Shown: piece by piece, positions 1 to 16,685 of the stretch | Layout: the number at the start of each line of letters is the position of its first letter | Position numbering within the stretch: the first letter of the stretch is position 1 | Origin: Eledone cirrhosa | Taxonomy: Eukaryota | Assembly: GCA_964016885.1 (NCBI GenBank) | Contig: OZ024750.1 | Coordinates: 47,368,001 to 47,432,000, forward strand | Direction: 5' to 3' | DNA length: 64,000 nucleotides | The notes under the pieces: generated by a model | What the model saw: only the letters and a program-made list of their open reading frames with translations | The model's database searches: none | What the model was told of the DNA's origin: nothing | Translations under genes and position numbers: made by a program

Positions 1-36
1 GCGGATTTTCAGGTCTTTACGTTATATATATATGTG

Positions 37-80
<44 letters not shown>

Positions 81-88
<8 letters not shown>

Positions 89-250
89 AGATCAAAAGAT
101 GGCAAAACTAGTTCCAATTATTTTATTATGCGCATTTCAAAAACAAATATCATCATGGGATGATATCTGCGTTCTTATCATATACAATAGGGAGACATGA
201 TATGAAGCTTAAAAAACAATTGTGAGCAGTGAAGTTTTAAATCAACATAT
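81..250 (-). mobile_element. Diverged copy of HHR-bearing PLE-end family A (core CUGAUGA mutated)
   Basis: Homologous to 10790-10962, 38254-38417 and 50731-50900. Minus strand keeps stem II and GAAATGCGCATA but reads ATGATAA at the CTGATGA position. Abuts (TA)n. Confidence 0.75.
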
Positions 251-1379
251 GAACAATAAAAGTAAGATGGATATATGAGATTGGGAAAAAAATGAGGAGA
301 AAAAAGGAAGAGGAAGTAAGAGAATAAAGGATGGTGGGGGAGGAGTATATATAACACATTTTCTTATTTTACATTTTATGTTACTCGGCGAAATAATAAA
401 GTAAGTAGTTGTTACTTCATTTAAAGACTTCTGTTTAGTAATAGGAAAGTGCCATGATGAAATAGGATAATTTAGTCCATGTGTATTAGCAGCGAAATGG
501 CATTGAAATATGACTTATCTTTACGAATTACATAATTTAATCCAAGATTCAGAACTTTTAAGGAAATGAGGGCATCGTATTTCATAGTACACACATATGA
601 TGATTGGATATCACAGTATTGTGGTAAACTGTGGTCAAGGAAACCTGAAACACCAAAGGAAGGAAAGATTGTTGACATCTGCGAGAATTGAATTCGAAAG
701 GAAGTGATATAAATTAATAGCGCAGAGAATTTTCACTGACCTTCAATTTATCTTAATAGTTGTTTGACTGAATAATGCATTCCTATTTCTGATACTACAC
801 CTCTCTTCAATTCATATTACAACTGACTACTGTTGTAACTGTTAAAGATGAGATGTTTGCCTTTTTCAAATGCAGGTTTGCTGTTTTCAATAGAATACAA
901 GGTCGGAATTTAGTTTCATAAGTTCAGTTGATGTGAGAAGTGAAACAGCATTCAATATAATTTGCAATCACATTCAGAAATGTAGAATTTCTAACAAAGG
1001 AAATGAGAACCATAAACCACAACATGTCAGAGTACAATACCACAATTGAGTGCGATAAACGATGAGAATGTGGTTATATATATTTTGTTAAATTTGTTCA
1101 ATTATCGCAGTAGTGTTATATGATTACTGATGTAATTAGTAATGCTTAGGTAGCAATTGTCTAATGTTAAAACATGTTTCTGTGTTAAATCATTTGCCAG
1201 ACTACTGCATCTCGAAGTCTCAATATATTTACATTATAATAATTTGCTCCATTCTTGACCCATGTTCGTGTGTCTAGGTATACCTACCCACTGTACATTC
1301 ACAACACGTCTCCATAGAGAGTTGAGGATCGCATCACTATTTCTCAAAGCTGCTAATGGGGACTGCAATATCATTTTCG

Positions 1380-1775
1380 AACAGATTCCTCCGCGTATGA
1401 TCTAGGCGTGTTCTTTGGACTATGTGATATGGATGCTATTAATGTTTATGGTCATATTGAAGGGTTAAGTTGGTATTATTTGCACCATTCACCAATTTGT
1501 TAATTTTTCCAAACCCACGCAAATTAGGACTGGTTAAGCAGTCGAATCAATTGGAGGTCTGTGCTACTCGGGACATATTTGAGGGGCAAAACCAACTGGC
1601 AGGAGACCCAGTCGTAAACACCTAGTAAGATGGTTGAATGACCTCCTGGTTAATAAGCTTGGATGGTCTAACTTGGAGATCGAGCCAAATCAGTTGAAGA
1701 AGGTTGTTTCTGACAGAAACACTGGCAGGCGTATTTGAGATGCCTGCCCCCACCAGAAAAAGAAAAAGAAGAAAA
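1380..1775 (+). pseudogene. Decayed RTE-clade LINE 3' end
   Basis: Translates to LDYVIWM...AKPTGRRPSRKHLVRWLND...LGWSNLEIEP, resembling the RTE C-terminal WxGHVxRM...GRRPRGRPxxRW motif. Interrupted by stops. Confidence 0.45.
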
Positions 1776-1825
1776 CAATCATAAGGATCAAATATATTTC
1801 TATGGTCATTCATAATTTGTTTTCA

Positions 1826-2166
1826 TTATTATTTCATCCTTCCGGGGTCGATAGAATAAAGTACCAGTAATGCATTGGATAATTGCTGGCCTTGTGCCAA
1901 AAGTAGAAACAATTATTATATGCGAACGCTATGCTTTGCAGCAAAGAGTTACGGCCCTTTATGGTCTGAGTTCAATTCCCGTCGAGGTTAACTTTGCATT
2001 TCATCCTTACGGGGTCGATAAAATAAAGTACCAGTAATGCACTGGTTAATTTACTGGCCTTCTGCCAAAAGTAGAAACAATTATTATATGCCAAGTCGAT
2101 AAAATAAAGTACCAGTAATGCCTGGCATAATTGCTTGCATTGTGCCAAAAGTAGAAACAATTATTT
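1826..2166 (+). mobile_element. Tandem partial copies of the abundant tRNA-derived SINE (family S)
   Basis: Repeated gagttcaa..ccgtcgaggttaactttgc.tttcatccttacggggtcgataaaataaagtaccagtaatgca...gccttgtgccaaaagtagaaacaatt. Confidence 0.8.
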
Positions 2167-3984
2167 CCAAGATCCAATTGAATTGTTACAATACATTACA
2201 TTCAAAAGTCATATTCGTAATATTGTGATTTACAAAGTGTGATTACATATCTAATTTTACGAATATTCACTATTATCTTACAAACCAACATCTTCATTTT
2301 ATCCACGTATACTGAACACCATTCCTAGTCACATATTCCTGTATTGATATTTGTATAATATCCACACGGACAAATAATGCAACCAGAGAAATAACCCCAA
2401 CATGTTCACTTATATTAACACCATTTACTCTAATCCATTTTCCCTCAGCCTTATGTTTATTCAAAAGTTTGTATACTCAAAAAGGCTACGAGATTATAGT
2501 ACTATGTTTGCCAATCCATAGTATTTCGTGGAGAACTTGTTTTGGTATATTAAACTAGTGTATATTTATATATAATTGGCGAGATGCTATTACTTTGAAC
2601 GTTCAAATATTATATGACACTTTCTCATTATATATGTTGCAACGCTTGGCTAAATTCTCCTCTCTTAAATGTCGGCAGCTATTTCTTAATTCGAAGAATC
2701 AAAGAAGTGCCCATAAATATCAGCAAGATGCCTCTGTTTCACAAAATGGAGAGTTGTAGAGTTAATATGGAAATATACGTGACAACCATATGCCATTTAT
2801 ATTTATTAACTTAACATCATACATGTTTCTTTCGAATGCGTATATATGTTACCATTATATTTAATTGACCTACTTGTCATCATGTAGCTGACCGCTCATA
2901 AATATTTGGGTATAAATATCGTGTCTCTACTATCATATCATTTCTACAAACAGCGGTTTTCTGGAGAAATTTGGTAGTAGCAAAATGTTTTCAGTTCTAC
3001 AACAGATAAATATTTACTCATCCATATTCATAGGGCGTATACATTAGTTTATATGCAAATATACATGGTCATGGATGTGTGTTTTGTATGGACGCTGCTT
3101 AGGTTGTATGACTTTGTGTTAATAAACATGAATGCAGGTCTATGTGCGTTTATATGTGTGAGAGTTTCTGTATGTAGTTTTACGTGAATATATGTCTGTG
3201 ACAAGACGTTTGAACATAGGCATGAATGTGTTTATATATATGTATGTCAGTGGACGAGTCTGTATCTATGTGCATTAGGGTTGTGCATTACATTTCCATA
3301 CATTCCCACACATGTGTCGCTGATAATATATTTTGTAACACTAAAAATCAAGCACTACGCCCTCCACATCTGAAGTTATTATCCGCTTGTTTTATTTTAT
3401 GTTTCACTCCACCGTTTGGTCTGTGTAATTCTTTATCTCTCTACTTATATGTAACAACTTCTATTAATCTAACTGTGTTCTTCAGGGATGACACGATCGT
3501 AAGAAAAACAAAATCCAGGAAAAAACTTTTACCGAGTTAATTTCCTCCTTTGTGAATATAAATTAGAAGTCTATGAAGTTGAGTTAAATATGGAGATTAT
3601 TGCTAGTGAAAAGAATTCAGCGAATCAGAATTTGATTTATGGAAATATATGCAAATTGCTTTCGGGGTTTTTCAGAGAAAATTACAAAGTTGTGACGACT
3701 GTTTAAATAGGGACCGTAAACAAAACGAAATAAATAAAATAACGTTCAACAGTTGGGAATACACTCACTCTCTCTTTCTCTCTCTCATTAGATTATGAGA
3801 GAGAAACCACGAAGATTTCGACTATTTACATTTGTACAAACATCTACACATTTACTTTGGTCACGTGTGAATGCGAGAAAAATAATGAGAACGAGTTTGC
3901 ATGGGAGTGTATGTGTGTATATACGTTGGTGTATAAATATAATTACACATATGTTTCAATGTTGGATTACACACATGAATACAA

Positions 3985-5821
<1,837 letters not shown>

Positions 5822-7305
5822 TGATACCCCTCGCCACAGTCAGTGAGGGCAGGCCGGGCTATCAACAAGCAAAAGGTAAAGTTGAAAAGGAGAACCAAGC
5901 GCAGAGGGACCAGTGGACAATTGTTCAAAGGAAGAACAGAAAGCACAGAGACATTGGGAGCAAAAAACCTAACTAATCTGCTACATCACTACGACTGGGT
6001 ACTGAAACAACTACCAGACAGCTCACATGTGGACGTGATATATCTTGACTTTGCGAAGGCCTTTGACAAGGTCGACCGCGGAATGATACGTCACAAACTA
6101 CACGGACTCGGCATAACTAGAAAAGTAGGTGAGTGGCTGCATGACTTCCTAAATGACAGAATCCAGGGAGTGGCAGCAAATGGGGCCCTCTCAAAGGAAA
6201 CACCAATAACGAGTGGGGTGCCCCAGGGGGCGGTCCTGGTCCTGGGACCACTACTGTTTTTGGTGGCTCTCTCAGATATGCTCTCTGTAGTACATACAAC
6301 AACCTCCCTCACTAGCTAATCTGATGAATCTAAGGTAGAACAGGCAATCAAAAACCCGGGTGGCGCTGCCTTTTACATCAGGATCTGGATGCCATATACA
6401 AATGGGCGGAAGAAAACAACATGCAGTTTAATACTAGCAAATTCCAAGCCCTGCAATACAAACCTCCAAACAAACCTGCAAACACAAACATAGTACAACA
6501 CAAGTACACAGGACCAGGAGGGACCAATATCCCCGTGTCAAAATCGATACGAGACCTGGGCATAGACATGAGTGATGATGCATCTTCTTATTCACACATC
6601 ATGAAAGTGGTGACAATGTGCAGACGACTCGCTGGCTGGATCTTAAAGACATTCCGGACAAGAGATCGAGACACCATGTTGACACTATGGAGGACAGTTG
6701 TCCTAAGCCGCCTGGACTACTGCTCCCAGTTGTGGTCACTCCATAGTGTCAAACTAACCACGGAGCTTGAGGCAATCCAGCGCAGATACACCAAGAGGAT
6801 TGCCACGATGAAGTAGACAAGCTCCTGGGAGAGGCTAAAGGAACTGAACCTCTATACCTTGGAACGAAGACGGGAGAGATACGCAGTGATCTACATGTGA
6901 AAAATCCTGGAGGGACTAGCACCAAACTTTGGCATTGAAAGCTGGACCAATCATCGAATAGGACGTCACTGTATGGTGCCAGAGGTCCCGTCTTCCACAT
7001 CTAGAATAAGGAGCAGGTATTGCAATAGCCTGAGATTCAAGGGCCCTCAACTCTTCAACAAGCTACCGAGGGATCTGAGAGATTTGCATGACGTGGAGGG
7101 GGATGTCTTCAAGAAACATCTCGACACCTTGTTATCCACGATCCCGGATGAGCCCACAGCAAGGCACTAGGGAAACATAAGGCAGAAGCAACAAACTCCC
7201 TCTTACACCAGTGGCCAACCTATACAGGCTGGAGATAAAATGTGTAGCAACAAGGGCGGTGCCCCAGCATGGTCTCAGCCGGATGGCTGAAACAGGTAAA
7301 AGAGT
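5822..7305 (+). mobile_element. CR1-clade LINE, internally deleted, RT with stops
   Basis: VDVIYLDFAKAFDKV, SGVPQG.VLGPLLF, MQFNTSK, RDLGI, SRLDYCSQLWS, EAIQRRYTK. In-frame stops. The 5' 150 bp look ORF1-like ([10 protein letters not shown]). 3' end ...ggctgaaacaggtaaaagag runs into (TA)n. Confidence 0.9.
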
Positions 7306-7438
7306 ATATAAGTATATATAGATACGTATTCATATATATATATAATTACGTATCAATGTATGTATATATATATATATATATACATACATAGATACGTAAT
7401 TATATATATATATATATATATATACATACATAGATACG

Positions 7439-7482
<44 letters not shown>

Positions 7483-7522
7483 TACGTATTTATATATATA
7501 TATATATATATATATAGATACG

Positions 7523-7566
<44 letters not shown>

Positions 7567-7604
7567 TACGTATTTATATATATATATATATATATATAGA
7601 TACG

Positions 7605-7636
<32 letters not shown>

Positions 7637-7642
7637 GATACG

Positions 7643-7678
<36 letters not shown>

Positions 7679-7828
7679 TACGTATTTATATATATATATA
7701 TATATATATAGATACGTATTTATATATATATATATATATATATACGTATTTATATATATGTATATATACGTATTTATATATATATATATATATACGTATT
7801 TATATATATATATATATATATATATACG

Positions 7829-7860
<32 letters not shown>

Positions 7861-7870
7861 CTTAGATACG

Positions 7871-7901
<31 letters not shown>

Positions 7902-7912
7902 CTAGATACGCA

Positions 7913-7958
<46 letters not shown>

Positions 7959-8050
7959 CATAGATACGTATTTATATATATATACATATATACATACATA
8001 AATACGTATTTATATATATATATATATATATATACACATACATAGATACG

Positions 8051-8110
<60 letters not shown>

Positions 8111-8208
8111 CATAGAGACGTATTTATATATATATATATATATATATATACATACATAGAGACGTATTTATATATATATATATATATATATATACATACA
8201 TAGAGACG

Positions 8209-8248
<40 letters not shown>

Positions 8249-8280
8249 GATACTATTTATATATCTCTCTCTCTATATAT
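7306..8280. repeat. (TA)n minisatellite with tagatacgtattta unit
   Basis: Direct inspection. Confidence 0.95.
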
Positions 8281-8877
8281 AGAGAGAAGCAAACAATTGC
8301 TTATTGTGATCCAGTTCTTGGTTAAGAAAGCAACTTTCATGGTTGGTTTCAACGGACGGTTAGGGGTAACTCCACAAGTTTGTAAGAATTCCGTTCAATC
8401 TTGGAGTATAAAGTATAAAAGAGAAAACACAGGTAAGCATTAAGAGAAGGATTTTATCAAGGTATTTACGACCGTTTCATTGGTAAGTGCAACGTTATAT
8501 TGCTATACTGCAAATAGCAGCCATTCAATTATAATTGTTGTTCACACTCCAAATTTTCAAAATAGTATGTTACACTTGAAATAATTCTTAATATATAGAG
8601 AAAAACATTTATTTGGAATTGTATTTACTAGTATAGAGAGAATTGAACCAGAAGGTGAGGGGACAAACGGAATAGTATAGAGAGACAGGAAGGGGTTAGA
8701 GGTAGGAAGTAGAGTGACAAACTGAGATGGAGGGTGGGGTAGAGGTGGAAGGATTCCTTGGTCAGTTTTGATAGCAAACTTCATGTCGTGGAATGTAGTG
8801 AGTTAAAGAGAATTAAAGTGATCATTGTGGGAGGGATGGATAGCGAGAGAGAGAGAGGGGGGAGATATAAAGAGATA

Positions 8878-8922
<45 letters not shown>

Positions 8923-9312
8923 AAATAAAGATAAAGATAATAATGACAAAAATAATAGCAAAGAAGGGGGTGAGAAAGAAGAAAAGAAAAGATAACCAAG
9001 ACGTGGAAGGAAGGAGGGAAGAACACGAAGAAATAGACGGGAATGAGGTAGAGGAGGGATATATGTATTGGTTTTGTGGGTAATTAAAAGGGTTTAGATA
9101 CAACTAGAGGGTATAAAGTCTAAGTATATGCATTTTATCAGTTGGTAGTAAGAGGTTAAGGGTTCGATTTTTAGTGCGAAAACTTCTCTTTGCGTCTATG
9201 GTTACAATAAATTGATCTTTCGATTTTATTGTTGAGTAACTTATTCTTCGAACTTAAGATGTGGAACAGCTCAAGGTCGCATAATCGACAGCTTCTCATA
9301 CCACTCCGATAT
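8281..9312 (-). mobile_element. 5'-truncated Penelope-like retroelement (ORF C-terminus, 3' UTR, pLTR-like end) in (TA)n
   Basis: Minus strand 9311-9171 encodes [46 protein letters not shown], matching the CxLCxxE..I...LLNxxxE...CxH tail of PLE GIY-YIG endonucleases. Pyrimidine-rich UTR follows, then GAAACGGTCGTA (HHR 3' half) near 8467-8478. Confidence 0.7.
9171..9311 (-). pseudogene. PLE GIY-YIG endonuclease C-terminal fragment
   Basis: CRLCDLE...LLNNKIE...CNH motif and stop codon; upstream sequence is replaced by (TA)n. Confidence 0.65.
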
Positions 9313-9443
9313 GTATGTACGTATACACACTTTATATATATATAGATACATAGACACATATATATATATATATATACATAGACACACACATATATATATA
9401 TATACATAGACACACATATATATATATACAAACATATACCCAC

Positions 9444-9476
<33 letters not shown>

Positions 9477-9495
9477 TATATATATATAGACATAC

Positions 9496-9528
<33 letters not shown>

Positions 9529-9539
9529 TATATATATAG

Positions 9540-9582
<43 letters not shown>

Positions 9583-9747
9583 TATATATATAGACATACA
9601 TATATATATACACATACATATATATATATGTACACATACACATATATATATATACACATACACATATATTTATATACACATACACACATATATATATACA
9701 CATACACATATATATATATACACATACACACATATATATATACACAT

Positions 9748-9803
<56 letters not shown>

Positions 9804-9812
9804 TCATAGACA

Positions 9813-9846
<34 letters not shown>

Positions 9847-9855
9847 CATAGACAC

Positions 9856-9888
<33 letters not shown>

Positions 9889-9974
9889 CATACACATCTA
9901 TATATATATATGTATAGTTAGACATCTATATATTTATATATATAGACACCTATATATATATATATATATAGACA

Positions 9975-10021
<47 letters not shown>

Positions 10022-10073
10022 CTATATATATATGTATATACATAGACACCTATATATATATATATATATATAT
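9313..10073. repeat. (TA)n/(CA)n minisatellite with agacacc unit
   Basis: Direct inspection. Confidence 0.95.
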
Positions 10074-10455
10074 GGAGAAGAAGTTTATGAAATGGAAATG
10101 CGGGTATAAAGAATTTATTAGGTAACAATTGTTTCTATAGTGTATGGGTTACCTATACCTCGCTATTTGAATAATATAAAGATATTATCATAAACCGAAG
10201 GTACACTGTAAGCAAATACACCATGTCGTCAGAGTACCTTCGGTTTATGATAATATTTTTATATTATTCAAATAGCGAGGTATAGGTAACCCATACACTA
10301 TAGAAACAATTGTTACCTAATAAATTCTTTATACCCGCATTTCCATTTCATAAACTTCTTCTCCATATTTTCTCCAGATTTTAAAACACACTCTATTATA
10401 CGTTGAGTAATATCCGACGTCTGTTGACTACATCCAATGCAACTACTTTGTAACA
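10074..10455 (+). mobile_element. Fold-back PLE-like end fragment (family C) in (TA)n
   Basis: ~133-bp near-perfect inverted repeat (10074-10206 vs ~10230-10365) with short spacer. Contains GAAACAATTGTT (HHR-type GAAA plus palindrome) followed by AATAAA. Confidence 0.65.
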
Positions 10456-10471
10456 TTGGAATACAAATTTA

Positions 10472-10514
<43 letters not shown>

Positions 10515-10531
10515 CTATATATATAGACACC

Positions 10532-10565
<34 letters not shown>

Positions 10566-10576
10566 TATATATATAG

Positions 10577-10618
<42 letters not shown>

Positions 10619-10633
10619 CTATATATATAGACA

Positions 10634-10680
<47 letters not shown>

Positions 10681-10832
10681 CTATATATATATATATATAT
10701 ATATATGTAGGAGGTGAGTTTTATTGTAGTACAATAAAGCAATGCAGATATCGGATAAGAAGCACTCTACAGTTTGTGGGACTGGAGTATGCATAATATA
10801 AGATCAAAAGATGGTTAAAGGAGTTCAATATA

Positions 10833-10899
10833 TTTTATTATGCGCATTTCAAAAACAAACATCATCAAACAATAATATTTGTGTTTTCATCAGATAAAA
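10833..10899 (-). ncRNA. Minimal type I hammerhead ribozyme (family A)
   Basis: Reverse complement of the 11043-11109 motif. Confidence 0.8.
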
Positions 10900-11042
10900 C
10901 AGGAGAACATGATATGAAGGCTAAAAAAACACTTGTTGATAGTGCAGTTTTAAATCAACATATCTGTTATTTAAACATATATGTTGATTTAAAACTGCAC
11001 TATCAACAAGTGTTTTTTTAGCCTTCATATCATGTTCTCCTG

Positions 11043-11109
11043 TTTTATCTGATGAAAACACAAATATTATTGTTTGATGATGTTTGTTTTTGAAATGCGC
11101 ATAATAAAA
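11043..11109 (+). ncRNA. Minimal type I hammerhead ribozyme (family A)
   Basis: ttttat-CTGATGA-[long stem II acaaatattatt/gatgatgtttgt]-GAA-ATGCGCAT(palindromic stem III)-A-ataaaa. Predicted AUA cleavage after 11103. Confidence 0.8.
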
Positions 11110-11141
11110 TATATTGAACTCCTTTAACCATCTTTTGATCT

Positions 11142-12315
<1,174 letters not shown>

Positions 12316-14129
12316 AACACAAAAAAACTATATGTATATTAATAGTTATATTAATACAAAATGTCCCTTATTTTTAGTTATGTCGTTATGCACAGAGCTA
12401 AATTCAAAACTGCAGAAATAAAAATATTTTAGGATTTATATATGATTTATTACAAATAAACAAAGAGCGCTTGGAAAGGGACTCTGCAAAATTTAAAGTA
12501 AACTCCTATATGTTTGATATTAAAACAAAACTCTAAATAATAACAAAAAAATACATTTGTTTTCTAAAGGAAAGTGTGAAATGGAAAAATAGTAAAAAGC
12601 GTGAGTATCTGCTGATGTGAGAAATGAAAATATAAATGGCAAAAATAAAATAAGTATGGATAAATAAATATTGTAGTTTATCTAACAAAGGTCAAAAAAT
12701 GACTTTTAGAAATTTCAAAATGGGAATTGAACAAAACATTATTGTTGCAGTGCATCGTTATAACGACAGATATATATTAGATACAATTTGTTTTGTAAAC
12801 AGGGAGGGAAAATACAGATAAAGTGAAATTGAATACATACGTATAAAATATTGAATATATATATAATCTACACAGGATATAGCAAACGTTGTCTCTGTTT
12901 GGCTCTTGTGTGAAATTATCAATTTCAATACGTGAGTATATTGTTTTCATATGCATTTTTTTTATTTTTCGAACATGTTAATGTCACTCATATCGTTTTC
13001 TCCTTCAAAATATCAAAATTCCTTCCCATAGTTCCTTCTTGACTTAGAATGAATAGCATTGAAATAGCTATACTGAATTTATATTATTGTATGATGTTAA
13101 TATACATGTCAATCTTTACCGAATCCATCTGTCACTTAATTTAAACTTAATAATATATTTCAATAAATCATTTTGAAGCTGTTTCGAATAAGCTGAAACA
13201 GATGCCGAAGTGAATGATTCCGCACTTAAGACTCCCAATTCCTTATCTTCTGCATTGAATCAAAACAAGTATTTTGCTTCTCTATACAAGTTATATCAGA
13301 TACTCATCCGTTCAAATGAAAGTTGCACGAAGGTTTATTTATATTAAATTTCTATTTCGATGGAGATAATTACCAGCATCAAATAATTATATTTAACATA
13401 ATATTGCACACGTTATTACAACAATTACACTGTCATTACGGGCAAATGTGATCAAACGTAGGAGAATGCAAACAGAATGAATTGTTTGTAGAGTAATTCG
13501 GTTCAATACACGGAAAGTCTGAGTGTTTACAGATTTGGAATGATTTTTTTTTTCAAAATCAACTAGCGTCAATGAATTTGAGAGCATTTAACATAAATAG
13601 TCCATTATACTACTTTTATACCAAGAACAGTACGAATAAAATGCTGCATCTGTTTTTTTTGAAGATGGGAATTATAGAACATTTCATATAGAAATATATA
13701 TGTATATGAAAATAGCGGTTGCCGTTAGTTCTTTGTGTCCAAACGGTCTTTATATTTTTGTATTGAAATGAAGGAAAATTGTTAAAAAACAAACTATTAA
13801 ATTTGTTTCACAATAATATTTGTTTCACAATAATATGATTTGTAACTGTTTCCAACTTCTTTAAGCAACGATGATGTTATGTTATACCAATGTACATCAA
13901 TGAAGTATATAACTACAATGATTAACATATATATATATATAAATGTAGATCAGGAGGTGGCTACTGTGAACAAAGTTAGTCAATACTTGGCTAAAGTATA
14001 GTCTTCTTTATTTCTCATGTTTCCATGTTTATGAAGCGTAAAAGTTACGACACCCATCCCCCTCCCTCAGTGTATAGAAATAATATATATATATATATAT
14101 ATATAGGCACAAACACAAATACTGTAATA

Positions 14130-14295
14130 CTTGTTTCTACTTTTGGCACAAGTCTAGCAAGTACCCAGTGCATTACTGGTATTTTATTTTATCGATTCCG
14201 TAAGGATGAACGGTAAAGTTAACCTCGGCGGGATATGTACCCAGAATGGCAAGAGCCGTGAAAGCATGGTGTCCCACTCTCTACCGATACTGCTA
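14130..14295 (-). mobile_element. SINE family S
   Basis: tgtttctacttttggcacaag...cattactggta...cgtaaggatgaa...aagttaacctcggcgggat...ctaccgatactgc. Confidence 0.8.
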
Positions 14296-14502
14296 AAATT
14301 ATATTAAATCATTTCTAATTTAGCCACAAACCCAACACATTTGATGAAAGGCAAAGTAAATTAGATCGGTTTCAGTTCGTTAGTGGTACTTATATTTTAT
14401 CGAGCCGTAAGGATGGAAGGCACAGAAAAGTGGCAACGAAAGGGTCGTAAATATATGCCACATATATTGCCCGATGTTCAAAAGCTACTACCGACCCATC
14501 AC

Positions 14503-14556
<54 letters not shown>

Positions 14557-16567
14557 GTGTATGTGTTGTGTGTGTGAACTATTTCCTAGTATGAATCAAT
14601 CGTAATCCATAGTCTTGGCTTATATTACATGCAGTGCAAAAAGAGAAAACCCGAATCACCACAGCCGGGAGTCACACAAATAGATATGTACGATCTAATA
14701 TGTATTTCTCTTTCTCTGCGTTATATTACTGCATTTCACTAGAAAAATAACCCAGTTGCACATTTCTTCTCAGGCTACACTTGGCACTGCGAAATAATTT
14801 TAATATATGTTTAATTCTCCTGGTGCCACATATAAATTTCATCCAGTATACTACTTGGATTCGTCCTTTTATATTTAACCTAACTAGAAGATGAGACATA
14901 TTGTACTGGTTGATATGGTAGAGATATCATATTGAAATATCACACGACCAAGGTTCAGATATCCTTTGCACAATGAATTGGTGAACATCATTTCAGACTA
15001 TCCATTTTATATTGTATGCATTCAGTTAATTAAAATGTGAGCGATTACAGGCATTGTTGGATGAAAGATATATTCTCAAGGTTTCTATGATGGCAAACAG
15101 AGCTTTGCATTCCAAAGTAAAAAGGACTTAACTACATATAACAATATATTCCTGAAATACAAAAGGATTAATAACCAATCTTCCTCTTAAACTAGGATGG
15201 CCATATATATGCTACATAATAAATGACACGTTTGATCAAGTCCGAAGTTGATGACAATGTACAATAAGCAGTACCTTTCATAGAATTTCTAAAAGGGTGT
15301 CGATCATTTCATTCAGTCTTGCATCATTATTAATAGCAATGCAGTAAATGGAGATTATGACTGATCATCCATCGGATTCGACGATGAGCATTTGATTGTT
15401 CATTTACTGAGCTCAGTACTTAAACTGTAAGTAGCTAAATACCGATGTAGCATTTACGGGTATCATGAAAGTATATTCCAGGCTGAACTAACGTGTCAAA
15501 TGTGTCATGATATGTGCTTGTCGAATTACCATATAGTCCGCATCCACTTAAGAAGTGCGTCGAAGAATTAAGAAGGCAGTACAGAGTTCAAATCACTAAA
15601 ACCTCAAGATTTACGGCTTGCATTTATTGGGGATAATCATATATATAATGCTAAGTAAATATTAAGGTTTTATGACGGAGATGAATTTGTTTTGCATGTT
15701 TTTTTAATATAAAATCGTATCGTGAAAACATATTTTTTTACATTTGGGAACGGTGATGTTAAATATTCCCAGAAATATATAGTAAAACAGTGAGTGTTTT
15801 TTACTATACGTTTCTGGCAATATTATAAAAATATGACCCTCGCCAAATATCAACTATTACACTTACTCTTTATTGTAATTTTTCATGACTGACGAGATAG
15901 GTGTGAGGGGCCAAATAAAAGGTGAGTGTGTATTAGCAAAGCAATGTCTTTGTCTGAATGCTTACAACAGAGACGACTCCACCACAAACACCTAACATTC
16001 AGGTTCTATTATCAAATCGAGTGACGAATTAAATCCACCACCAATATATCACAGATTGCTATTTGAGCTATAAATGCAAAGAGATCCCCGTCCCAGAATA
16101 ACATTGCGCAAGAATTCTTTTATGTCCCACAACATATTCAGACAATAACCTTCCCCGATAGGGTAAAAACAGGCAAAAGTGATCTTTGGAGTGTTTGCAT
16201 TATATGTTGCCATATATCTGATGGAACGTGTGTCTCAATTTAAATTGAGTAGCTTAAGTGTGAACGAGGAATGGAACAAATTGCATTAACTATGAACAAT
16301 CTTTCAGAAAATAAATGGATATATAATCAAATATATAGATATCTGTACGACTAGGGCGCCTTATAATAGAAAATACATCATAAAGAGGGAACGATATATT
16401 CGTTTGTTCCTCCAATTAAATATATGTAATCATATAAACGGCATAGATGATAAAGATGTACAGATATGGACGTCAACCTGCATATACATAAAAGTTCAGT
16501 GGACCATTAAATTATAAAAAAAAAATTGAGAACTTCCATACACATTAGAATATATACACACTTGCGC

Positions 16568-16611
<44 letters not shown>

Positions 16612-16685
16612 TTCCTGACATCATTCGTTAGCCCGCAACCAGAGCTCCGTTTATGGTGTCCTACTTTATTGTGGTGTGTGTATAT

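Larger units (their letters stand above)
10708..11150. mobile_element. Family A fold-back element: 255-bp arm (-) plus ~172-bp inverted arm (+), each with an HHR
   Basis: 10790-10962 is the reverse complement of 10978-11150. Flanked by (TA)n on both sides. Confidence 0.85.

Noticed and set aside
472-678. 68-aa ORF upstream of a family A end as a PLE protein tail (..LNLGLN..)
   Set aside because: Resemblance too weak to call without a search
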